Source of the DNA: Scyliorhinus canicula
Taxonomy: Eukaryota
Assembly (NCBI RefSeq): GCF_902713615.1
Contig: NC_052171.1
Location: 1,674,001 to 1,738,000 of the forward strand
Length of the DNA: 64,000 nucleotides
Direction: 5' to 3'
Every line of letters starts with the position of its first letter. The stretch's first letter is position 1. The notes below the pieces were generated by a model. It was not told the origin of the DNA and searched no databases. It was given only the letters and a program-made list of their open reading frames with translations. This document shows, piece by piece, positions 1-35,900 of this stretch. The translations under genes and the position numbers were made by a program.

Positions 1-534
1 ATCCTTTTGCATTGAGCCTCCCATCTGAGTGTAGAGGGGTGTTCTCATACCCCACCCATACCAACATGGGCTTGGTGGAAGGACTCAGAAATTTGCTTGA
101 TACCTTCCCTCTGGTTAAGTTCCGTCCCCATAGCTGCATTAAATATCGTTTCTTGAATGAGATGGTTCTATTGATGTCTGATATGAAAGCAAAAGAAACT
201 GGAAGCGCTGAGTGAGTTGGGCAGCATGTATGAAGAGAGGAGAAGAGTTAACTGTTTGTCAGTTTGGGGCCATGTCAGGTGTATTAATTCATCTCCAGGC
301 ACTGTCTGATCTGAATGTTTACAACATTTTCTTTGTGATGAATTTTCAGCATCTTGCATTTCAAATGTGTTAACCTGAGCTGGGCAGCATAGCATTATTC
401 CATCTTATGCTGAGATAGAGAATTAGTTTATTCTGGGGAAGTGTATATTTGATCTAGATATGACAGAGAATGCTCAAAACCCAGTGTTACTCTGTTTATG
501 TTTTTCATTGTTCCAAATATAATTTCTTCTGTAG

Positions 535-25085
<24,551 letters not shown>

Positions 25086-25530
25086 TCATCCAGATCCAAA
25101 TCTGTGGTTTTGAAGACTGCTGTTATTGAGATCAAAGATCCATGTACCCATTCACTTTCCTGAAATCAGATGCATTCAGCTGTTCCACTATTTTTGTGTG
25201 CCGATTTTCATGTAGATTATCTTTCGAAACGCATACCTTTGTTCTAATGTGGCTTCAGACGAGCAAAAGTGTTGAGCAAATGTCTGCGTTTGGCTTCTGC
25301 TGTTTAGGCTGTGAATTTTAGGTCACCATGGTAATGTTTATTTTACTTCATAAAGAATTTCAGTTGGACCAAGATTTAGCCAGATGCTTTATTTGCTCCA
25401 AAAAATCCCCTAGTAATTTGTACAGTTTATATGGTCAGGTTTTATCGAGTGTAAGAGTGAACTGTGACAGGTCTGTACCCTCCATGTGTAACCTTCCTCA
25501 CTCCTACTCTGTCACTGAGAAGTTAGCCCA

Positions 25531-25536
25531 AATAAA
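25531..25536 (+). terminator. Likely SNRNP200 polyadenylation signal
   Basis: AATAAA ~445 nt after the stop codon, followed by a GT/T-rich downstream tract. Confidence 0.6.
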
Positions 25537-25919
25537 ATGAGCTGTGTAATTTTAAGTCCTTTGGGTTCTTTCTTTTCGAATGTGGCAATTGCAGTTCCAT
25601 ATCTTCAGGATCCTGGAATTTCTACAGAATTCCTCAGCTGTGATTTCTGTCGCGTTTTAGTTTGCTTGCATTTACTCACAGGAAAAACATGATCGTTATT
25701 GTTGTGATCTGTTGGCCATTCTTCAGCCACACAGATTACAAAACTTCATGCAAACCATATGTTGAGAAGTCTCCCAACTGAGCTCGATTGGAAATTAAGT
25801 AACACTGACCTTCAGTTGGTAATGGGTACGGGTTTCTGATCCTTTGATCCGAATTGAATGCCGTTCTTTCATCAATTCCCCAACAAGACAGAATCCAAGC
25901 ATCTGCTTGGATTTCATGG

Positions 25920-26435
25920 CATGACCATCACGGAATCCCCACTACCAACAAACTAGAAATTAACATTGACCAGAAACAACTGGACTTGCCCAGTAAATAG
26001 TGTGGGTACAGAAGCAGGATAAAAGATGGGAATACTGTGGGATAACTCAGGTCTTGGGTCCCCAAAGCCTCTACAATGACCAGAAGGAACAAGGTCAGGG
26101 TTGCAATGGAATACTCTCGACTTGCTGAATTCAGCTCCAAATTGCTTGTTTGGCACCCCATTCACCAAATTAAATTATTCCCCTCCACCAGGGACAGAGT
26201 CACAGAAGTATGTACCACCTGTATAGCAATTCACAACATTCCTGATGTCTTTACAAATCTAAAGTCACTTGCTACCAAAAAGAGCAAGCTCAGCAAACAC
26301 ATGGAAACACTACCCCTGCAAAATCCCCTTCAAGCCACCCTTCTAACTTGGAACTGGATTGCTGTTCCTTCACTCTTGCTCGTTCAAAATGCTGAAACTC
26401 CCACCCTAACAACACTGGGTGTCCCTACACCAGGT
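25920..26435 (+). mobile_element. Decayed CR1-like 3' fragment
   Basis: Collinear similarity to 19000-19560 of the CR1 copy above. Confidence 0.55.
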
Positions 26436-26439
26436 GAAT

Positions 26440-29400
26440 TTTAAATGTATTTTGTTCCAAACATATCCAAAAGTACGAAGACAGAAATCAGTAACATTGT
26501 CAACACCCCTGCAGTCTGTGCAATTTTCCCCCCTGCCATGACAAACAGTTCTCACTGTGTCTCAAAGTCCTCCGCTGAACCCCTCGCCTCTCAGTTGAAT
26601 CATTTCCAGCCACACCGTCACCCTGGGGGCATTGCCGATCAGTAATCCAACAATATCCTTCACCGGACAATTAGAGAGGCGTAGGCCACAACATTGGCCT
26701 TCCTCCCCAAAGATCGGCACCATGAGTCCGGCCTGACCTCAATCCCCCTCCTCACAATCTTTGTTAGCATCCTGAATACCGCCTCCCAGTATCTCTCCAA
26801 CTTCTTGCAGGCCAAGAACATGTGCTTGTGATCTGCTGGTCATCCTCGCCCACACTTCACACTCGTCTGCTCATCCTCACCCTGGTCATAACACCCTGTG
26901 CACCACCTTGAATTGAATCAAGATCATACTTGCTCTAAGCATTGCCTCATTCTACACTCCCTATCCTATCTTCCCCTGATCCCAGCTCCTCCTCCCTATT
27001 ATTCTTGATCCTCACCACCTGTGTGCTCCTCCTTACTCCCTCCCCCCCCCCCCCCCCAAACCATGTATATCACCAATTTGTCCCTCATCCGGGAGCAGCA
27101 AATGTTCCAGCAGCTTGGGAAACCCTCCATTCCTTCTGTGCAAAGTTCCTCACCTGCTATACCTCAATTTGCTTCCCTTCGACAGCTCTACCCTCCCCCT
27201 CAGCTCTGCAAACCTGCCTTCCCAAGTTCAAATCCCTCTCCCTCACCGGACCCGTCTCCCTATATACTTCCTTTTCATGCCATCCGTCTCCCCCAGATTA
27301 AACCTGGAGTTTCTACACAACTATGTCAGCACCGACCTCCCCTCCATCCTGAAGTGTCTCAACTGGGTTCCACACCCTAATCGTGGACTGCACAACCGGA
27401 CTCGCCACGTATCTCCCCAGCGGAAGCAGTGCCGTCACTGTGGCCCTCAGGCTGGACCCTCTGCAGAACACCTCCATCCATACCCACTCGAGCCCCTCCC
27501 TTTCACACCACCACCTCCACGTTCGCTACCCAGGAGTACTGCAGCAGGCTTTGTCGCATCAACCCCCACTTTCTGCCTCTAACAGCGTCTTCTTTGCCCC
27601 TTGGTAATTTATGGAAAAAGGCCTTGGCGGATAAAGATCGCAAATACAAATAGGAACCTCGTCAGCATATTTACCTTAACCGCCTGGACCCTCGGATACA
27701 GCATATCCCTCGAACCTCCTTCACCAACATTGTCAGGTTCCACTTGTGCATCGTCGACCACTCTCCCATCACAGGAAGGACCTCAGACTTTCCGACATTC
27801 AACTTGTATCCCAAGAAGTCCCAACCTCTCCAATATGCCCATAATTCTCCCCATACTCTCCAGTGGGTCTGACACGAACAGCAACAGGTTGTCTGCGTGC
27901 AGCAACACCCAGTGTTCCCTCCTCCCGCTCTCAATCCCCTGCCACTCTCCTGACCCCCTAAGGGCCGTTGTCAAGGGCTCTATGGCCAACGCGAACAACA
28001 GCGGTGATAGTAGACGCCCCTGCCTCATTCCCCTGTGCAACCCAAAGGTTTGTGAACTCATCTCATACACTTGCTACCGAGGCCACGTACAACAGACGCA
28101 TCCATGTTATAAACCTCGGGCCAACCCTGAACCTTCCCAGGATCTCAAACAGGTACCTGCGCTCCACCTGGTCAAAAGCCTTCTCCACGTCCATGGAGAC
28201 CACCACCTCTGGCAGCCGCCCCTCCAACGGGGTCATAATCACATTTAATAGCCTGATGTTACTGAAGCTCTTTACGAAGCCCATTTGGTCCTCAGCGACC
28301 ACCCCTGGAACACACCCCTCCATCCTCCCCGCCACTAATTTGGCCAACACTTTCACAGTGTTTTAATTGAAATGGGCATATATGACGCACACGCCAACAT
28401 GTCCTTTCCCTTCTTTGTGATTAACGTGATCTATGCCTGAGTCAATGTCTCCGGTAGCTCTTCCCTTCTCCAGTGCCTCGCTAAACATCCCAGTAAGTGT
28501 GGTGTCAACTCCGTCGCAAGCTCTTCATCGAACTCTGTGGGTAGTCGTCCGGCCTGGGGCCTTCCTTGACTACATACCTCTTAAACTATCCATCACCTCC
28601 CTAAGTCCTAACGCTTCCTCCACCTGCCTCCTCTCTTCATCCAGCCTTTGGAACTCAGGTCGTCCAAAAATTGCCCCATATCTCTTTCCTCACCACTCGG
28701 CTCAGCCCTGCACAGCTGCTCATAATACTTCCCAAATGTTTCATTAATCTTACCCAGCTCCGACACTACTTTCTCCTTCCCTGTCCACACCCTCAAGTTT
28801 TTCCTGGATGTGGCCTGCATCCGTAGCTGGTGGGCCAGCATTTGCTTGCCTTCTCTCCATATTCATACTACAACCCCCGCCCTCCATAGTTGCTCCACTG
28901 CCTTTTCCATCGTCAGCCCATCAAACTGTCCCGGTAACCTTTCTCTCCGCTAACCCCACCTTGATTGGAGTCCTCAAATACTTTCTGCCCACCTCGACTA
29001 TCTCATCCAACAACCGTCCATACTCCTTCCTCCTACCCATTCGCCTTGAACGAGATAACCTCCCGACCCGAAACAATGTCTTCAACCCCTCCCAAAACGT
29101 GGCCGCCGCCAACTCCCCATTCTGATTCAACTCCACAAAATCTCTGAACACCAACAGAACCCTTTATCCACCAAAAAGCCCAGACTCCAACCTCTATTCT
29201 GGCTGCTGTTCCGACCTTGATCTAAGCCGTGCCTCCAATCAATGCAGTGCATGATTTGAGATAATGACTGCTGCGTATTGCCAACACCACTTGACTTACT
29301 ACAAAGAAATCAATTCTGGAGTATACCTTGTACACATGCGAGAAGGCGGCGTACTCCCTCTCCCCCAGGTTCCTGAACCTCAATGGATCTATCATTCTCA

Positions 29401-32110
29401 TCGGTTCCATAAACCCTCCCAACTCCTTCGCCATCCTCAACCTTCACATTGACCTATCCACCTCGGTTCTCGCATGCAGTTAAAATCACCCCGCATAATT
29501 GGTGTGTGTCTAAGTCCGGAATCATTCCCAGCAACCTGACATGGTTCTTAACCAGCAGGTGCGTCTCCTGCAGAAATACCACCCCCATCTTCAAGTGCAC
29601 GAAGACCCGAGACCTCTTCACCGGCCTGTTCAGTGCTCATACATTCCATGTTACGAATCTCAAACAGAGGCTTACACCTCCACCCCCCTTTGCCTCCGTC
29701 ATCAAATTGGAAAGCCCCATTGGAAAGTTCTGTCCTGAACTGGGCCCATCTAAGATGGCCCCCTTCTCCACCCATGACCACGCTCAGTCACCAACTCTGC
29801 CACGTTGCATCTACCCCCACCTCCTCGCACACACCCCTCCACTTGACCATCTCTTGCAGGCGCTATGCCCAACTCAATTCCGTTCACCAGCATTACCTTC
29901 CAGCATGGCAGCTCCAGCCCAAAGGCCAGTCCTGCCTACCCCTCCCCTTCCCTCCTTGGTCAGTGCAAACAGCTCCCTTCCCCACACAAAGAGACATCCA
30001 AAACCACAGATCACCCCTCCAAAAAGAAAAACACCAGATGGTAGGTTCCCTCCCGTTCACAGTCCCTGGCCCACCGCAGGATCTTTTCCTTCTCCACAAA
30101 TGTTTGGAGCCTCACAATCACCGCCTGTGGCAGATCCACTGCTCTTGCCTTAAGAGACCTGCATGCTTTGTCCACCTCTGTACCTTCTCCTGCACCCCCT
30201 CCGCCACCATCATTAAAACGTATCTCGTTGCACTTGTACCTTCCACATCCTCAGGCAGGCTAGCGAGACTCAGATTCTGCCCTCTGGACCGGTTCATCCT
30301 GCTCCTCTACCTTTAGTGGCTTGCAAAGGTCCCCCGAGAGCCCCACCTCAGCATCCAACGCCACCGCCCAATCACTGTGGTTAGACATCACCTTCTCAAT
30401 TTCCTGTATTTGTGATCCCTGTGTTTCTTCACTTGCTCAATCAATCCTTTCAGGGGTGCTACCGCTCCCTCGGGCCTTCAACCAATCCTCGTGTATCTTT
30501 TGTTGCTGACGGAACTCTTCTTCAATAAATGGCATCAACTGCTCCATCTGGGGCTTTCCAATTTGTGACAACCCTTCCCCCTCTGCCATCTTCACAAGTG
30601 CGACTGCGCCACAGTTCTCCTCCAATTCCTTGGCCAGGTCCTTAACCTTTTTGATTCTAGGTCTCGTAACCAGCAGACATGCCACTCACTGCAGGAACTT
30701 CTCACCTTCAGCTACACTTTCTTGTCAAAACTACCCCACTTTTCCCGACGGCCCCGAGGAGATACTCAGGGAATCCAGTAGTAATAGCTTCGTTGAGAAT
30801 TTGGAGGCAGTTTCGACAGCACTTTGGGTTGGGGGCAGGGTCAAGGGAAATGACGATTCGGGGGAACCATAGATTTGAGCCAGAGAAGTGGGATGGAAAT
30901 TTTCGGAGATGGGAGGAGAAAGGAATTAGGACACTAAAAGATTTATTTCATGGGGGTCATTTTGCAGGATTGAAGGAGCTGGGAGCAAAGTATGGGCTGG
31001 AACAGGGGGAAATATTCAGATACATGCAGGTTCAAGACTTTGCCAGAAAGGAGATACAGAGCTTCCCAATAGAGCCGACCTCCACATTGCTGGAGGAGGT
31101 CCTGAAGACAGGGGGACTGGAGAAGGGGGTAGTATCGGCGGTTTATGGGGCTATTTTGGAGGAGAAGGCGCCGCTTGAAGGGATCAAGGCAAAGTGGAAG
31201 AGTTGGGAGAGGGTATGGAGGAGTTCTGGTGAGAGGTGCTCCCTGAAGGTGAACGCCTCCACCTCATGTGCGAGGTTGGGGCTGATACAGCTGAAGGTGG
31301 TATACAGAGCACACCTTGCAAGGGTGAGGATGAGCCGGCTCTTTGAGGGGGTAGACGATGTGTGTGAACGTTGCGGGGTAGGCCCCGCAAACCACGTTCA
31401 TATGTTTTGGTCCTGTCCAAAGCTGGAGGATTACTGGAAGGTGTTTCGGTTAATCTCTATAGTGGTGCACGTGAAACTGGACCCGGGCCCTCGGAACGCC
31501 ATTTGGGGGGGGGTGTCTGACCAGCCGGGGTTGGAAACGGGTGCGGAGGCAGATGTTGTAGCCTTCGCCTCGTTGACCAGCCAAAGGCGGATCCTGTTAG
31601 GGTGAAGATCAACCTCTCCACCCTATGCCTTGGCGGAGCGGGGGGGGGGGGGGGGGGGGGGGATCTGCTGGAATTCGTAACGCTTGAAAAGGTCAAATTT
31701 GAACTGAGGGAGTTACTCATGATGCACTTTTGAGAATTGGATCACATCATCGAACATTAGGAAGGTTGGGGGCTGGGAGGCTTGTGCGGAGGGGGACGGT
31801 ATGTGTTAATGGTGACTATGGGCGATTCCTGATTCCTTTTTGTCATTTGTTTATGTTAACATGCGGGCCAATGTCTGGGGTTTGGTGGGAGGATGGGATC
31901 ATTGTTATTGATATGGGAATTGACATTACATTTGTTACTGATTATTGTTTATTGTTGGGTGTAAATTTGGGAGAAAATGTGAAAAAGGAGAATAAAAAAT
32001 ATTTTTTAAAACAACGACCCCACTTTCAGGTAAAAAGAGCTCAAACCAAAGCCTTTGAGCTGGAGCTGCCCTGTGTGCGACCACTCACTCCATGACGGCT
32101 ACCGGAAGCA
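26440..32110 (-). mobile_element. Near full-length decayed L1-clade LINE between SNRNP200 and CIAO1
   Basis: RT fragments (SMDVEKAFDQVE; GMRQGRLLSPLLFALAIEPL; LHADNLLLF), endonuclease fragment (FSHVYKVYSRIDFF), ORF1-like remnant ~30150-30690, 5' end CTTCCGGTAGCCGTCATGG near 32108. Many frameshifts. Confidence 0.85.
30743..32016 (+). mobile_element. 5'-truncated L1-clade LINE (ORF2 C-terminus plus 3'UTR) nested in the older L1
   Basis: ORF 30679-31605 with CCHC motif CERC..ANHVHMFWSCPKL; AATAAA and A/T tail ~31991-32011; direct repeat ACCCCACTTT at 30733-30742 and 32017-32026. Confidence 0.85.
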
Positions 32111-32309
32111 TCTGGAGGTAGCCGTGCCAGCAACACACACACCCCATGGGAGAATAAAAATTAAATGGCAGTTAACTCCTTCTCCCCACCCCCCTGTGTC
32201 ACGATTAATGTGTAACCTTACTCCAAAGTGGTAAAACTCTTCTGATGTAAATTGCCAATATTCCTCATAAAAGTCTCTCAATTATAGAGTAATATTAATT
32301 ATAAAGGCT

Positions 32310-32315
32310 TTTATT
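32310..32315 (-). terminator. Candidate CIAO1 polyadenylation signal
   Basis: TTTATT on + (AATAAA on -) ~650 nt past the stop; alternatives at 32464-32469 and 32752-32757. Confidence 0.5.
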
Positions 32316-32538
32316 GAACAATTCCATTAACATGCACGTGAAGGAGAAGAATTCTTGCTTACTTATGAGAGCTTCAAGTGTCTGTCACATTTAACTGTAC
32401 ATAATTTTCTCTCAAGTAACAGATGAAGAATGATGAAGCCCACTGTTTAAGCACACGCCTAAATTTATTGGAAGTTAGTTGTTAGCGGAGCACCAATTAC
32501 AATTATCTTTTTAAAAGGTAAAAACAAATTGATGTTTG

Positions 32539-32767
32539 GGCGACACAATGGTGCAGTGGTTAGCACTGATGCCTCACGGTGCTGAGGTCCCGGGATCGAT
32601 TCGGGCCCCAGGTCACTGTCCGTGTGGAGTTTGCACATTCTCCACATGTCTGTGTGGGTCTCACCCCTACAACCCAAGGATGTGCAGGGTTGGTGGATTG
32701 GCCACAAAACAATTGCCCTTTAATTGGAAAAAAAGAATTGAGTACTCTAGATTTATTTTTAAAAATG
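32539..32767 (+). mobile_element. V-SINE, short-tail subfamily, in the CIAO1 3' region
   Basis: TSD AATTGATGTTTG at 32527-32538 and 32768-32779. Confidence 0.88.
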
Positions 32768-32969
32768 AATTGATGTTTGTTCAATTGTTAATCTCTACAC
32801 AGGATTTAGTGGTAGCCAGAACATAACCATAATTAGTGCAAATGTGAAAATGGTTACAGTAAGTAGTCATGGTGATTAATTCCAACGCTGGACAGTTAAT
32901 ACGCAGTGCAATGCAGTTATTGAGAACGCCCACATTGTCAGATCGAACACCTCTGGACAAAAGCTTGCG

Positions 32970-35900
32970 CTAGTCTTCAAACTCGTATCTCCAGATAGTG
33001 ATGTCCCCATCATCACTGCATGATGCCAACAGCCCTGCTTGCTTTGGGTTCCATGCCACACAGTTGACATCCTGAGCGTGTGCTTTTGGAATGTGCGCCG
33101 TGAGTGAAAAGGTGGGTTGGTGTGGGTCCGAGCCAGGATCCTCCTCAAATATCCTGACTGCATCATCACCACATGCAGTTGCAATAGCATCAGTCATGTG
33201 ACACCTGAAAGGATGAAGGAATGTGAACAGTTTGGAAAAGCTGGGGTTATTAGACAATCTAACAAGATTTGAGAGTTGCTCAAAATGAAGGGTTTCCAGA
33301 GTAAATAGAGAGCAACTGTATTTAGTGGCATAACAGTCAGTAAAGAGAGCAGCAGATTCAATATAAGCAATTGCATAAATATTCCAAGTCCAGAAAACAA
33401 ATTACACGCCTCTGTGGAAAGATCAGGGAATTGCAACTCTGAACAGTTCCATAACAGAAGTCACAATGGGCCAAATGGCTTCCTTGTGTTACGTATCACA
33501 TAATTTATCAGTGAAAAGGAGGTTTGCATTTTCATCAATCATTAAAGTATTTGAAATAAGGAACTTTCCTAGGGGTGGGTTACCAACACAACAATGACTC
33601 TGAACTTACCAGGAGATGTCATAGATGGGCCGTGTGTGAAACCCAGATAGGGTGCAGATACACTTCCAGGACAGATCTGATCCACTGCAGACCACACCTG
33701 CACCAAAAAGATAATCATATTTGAGGTTCTGTCACGGCACAAAGTATCAACACATAGTGGAATTCTTCCCATGGGGAAACAGCAGAAAAATAATTTTCAC
33801 TGGTTCTAATTGAATTCTTTTTGCCTGGAACAAAATGTGCCATTTGTTCACCACATTTTAGCGTCATTAATCACATCTGCATGCTGCTTCCACACAAAAT
33901 AAAACAGATTGACACTTTCATTTTGTGTGTTCCAAAAATAATTCAGCAGTAATCTGCTCCTCATGCTGCTATATAATTTTATTTGGGCTTGAATACTTTG
34001 ACCTTCTGAATATCGCCTCAGAAACCATCTTAACTGTGACCAAGTTATTTAGGTGTCCAAGCTTCTGTTCAACAAACAACATTTTTTTTGCAAAAGTGAT
34101 TACATTTTTCCTCAGAACTGAAAAGGAGCAGGTGGTAGGTTTAATAGAGGCAATGCCAATGTATCTGTTTGTGTAATAGCACATTTGCAAACAGGTTCCG
34201 GTATCAGCATAAGGCTATCTCGACGATTGAGATTGTATCAATCAAATGGTCACAATTCATCCTTTTGCAGGATCAACTGAAAAATAAACTAGGGCTGCAT
34301 CGTGCTCAGTCCAGCTTTTTTACCTTGTTCATTGCCAGGCCTGTATGCTTTCCAGATTTTCACAGTTTTGTCATCGCTGCAAGATACCAAACGTTCCCCT
34401 GTTTTATCAAAAGCAATACTCCAAACTGTAGACTCATGACCTTCAAGAGTGCTGACACAGACCCAATCATCATCTTCCTCCTTGTACAATTTAATGCTGT
34501 TATCATAGCTTCCAGAAGCCAGGAGCTAGTGTTGAATTCAGAAATATACATAATAATTTGAAAGTTATACAGTCCTGACTACATTGCACCATATGAAAAG
34601 GGCCATTTGACTCTGGCTTGCTGCATATATTTATATATAAATACATATACATATATTATATACCATACAACATCAGGAGGGTCAGAGACTGCAAATAAGG
34701 CATGCTTGCATCGGAAGCTCTTACCTCTCCATTTGGGTGCCAGATTACATGTTTGACATCCTGGGTATGAGCATTCAGTACACTCACGCACTCGTAGTCA
34801 TCTTCCTCATCCACTAAAATGCAAATGAGACTAGTCAGCAACAGTTCCTGATACAGCAACCTCACTCAACTGGACTGTGCTGCGATGTCTCAGCAAGCAG
34901 GTAACTAGTTTTGGAATCCGAGGAAATGGCAAGCACTTGGGTTTACAAAATATACATGGCATTTTGGTTTATTAACGGCCTTCAACTCAACCCTTGTTCA
35001 TGAGATTTGTATGATCACACAGGATCAGGAATAGCTCCTTCAGTCCAGTGAGCTTGGAGGTCATTTCAACCAGATCATAGTCGATTGATATCCCAATCCA
35101 CTGACCGACCTGCATAATTATTCCTCAATAACTTTACCTGACTGCTTTTAGATTCACTTGAAATTGACCTGATTTTAGCATAACTTCCTCATATTTCAGT
35201 TCATTAAGATAAATGCCAAAATTCCATAACATTCCAGAATGCTAGCTTTTGAAATTTTTAGGACTAGCATCTGAGCTTTGAGTTATTGGTGAACAATGAG
35301 CTTGTCCAAATTTTCATTTGCTGGGGAAGTACATGTTGCCATTTTTATGTCACTCTTTGAGCCAATGGGCAAATTTCAGAAAGATAAACGTTTGGCACCA
35401 CGTTAAACATGAATTGTGAAATAAAGTTGAAGTATCAAGAAACAACTTGCTGAGCATAAAATAAAAGGAATGTCAAAACAATAAATTAATAACCAAGAGT
35501 AATTAAGATCAGTAAGAGAATACGAGTGTGACCGAGTCTGTTTGTCCGATTCACCCACAATCTCTTGATGCTGAATTGTTCACACTCAACCATTGTGTGA
35601 AGGGGTGTGATTGTGGTGTTGGTGTATGGGGATAAAGGCGAGTGGCAATACGGAGACTGTGAATGAGTCAAACACACACAATCCCACACTCTTAACTGCT
35701 TCTCACCCACATTTGCTGCTGAGAGGCTCATGAGTGCAGTTTCTTTCAGAATCTTCCACTCCACTTCCCATTATTCTGAAAACTGCTGCCAGGACCACAT
35801 TGGACGGGGCTACTTGGGCCACGTGCTCAACAAGGCTCGCGTACATGGATGCACAAAATTCTTTACTCCTCGTCCTTAGTTTAGAAAATGCTCCAATTTG

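Noticed and set aside
27601-30316. Several 200+ aa plus-strand ORFs
   Set aside because: Antisense frames of the decayed minus-strand L1.
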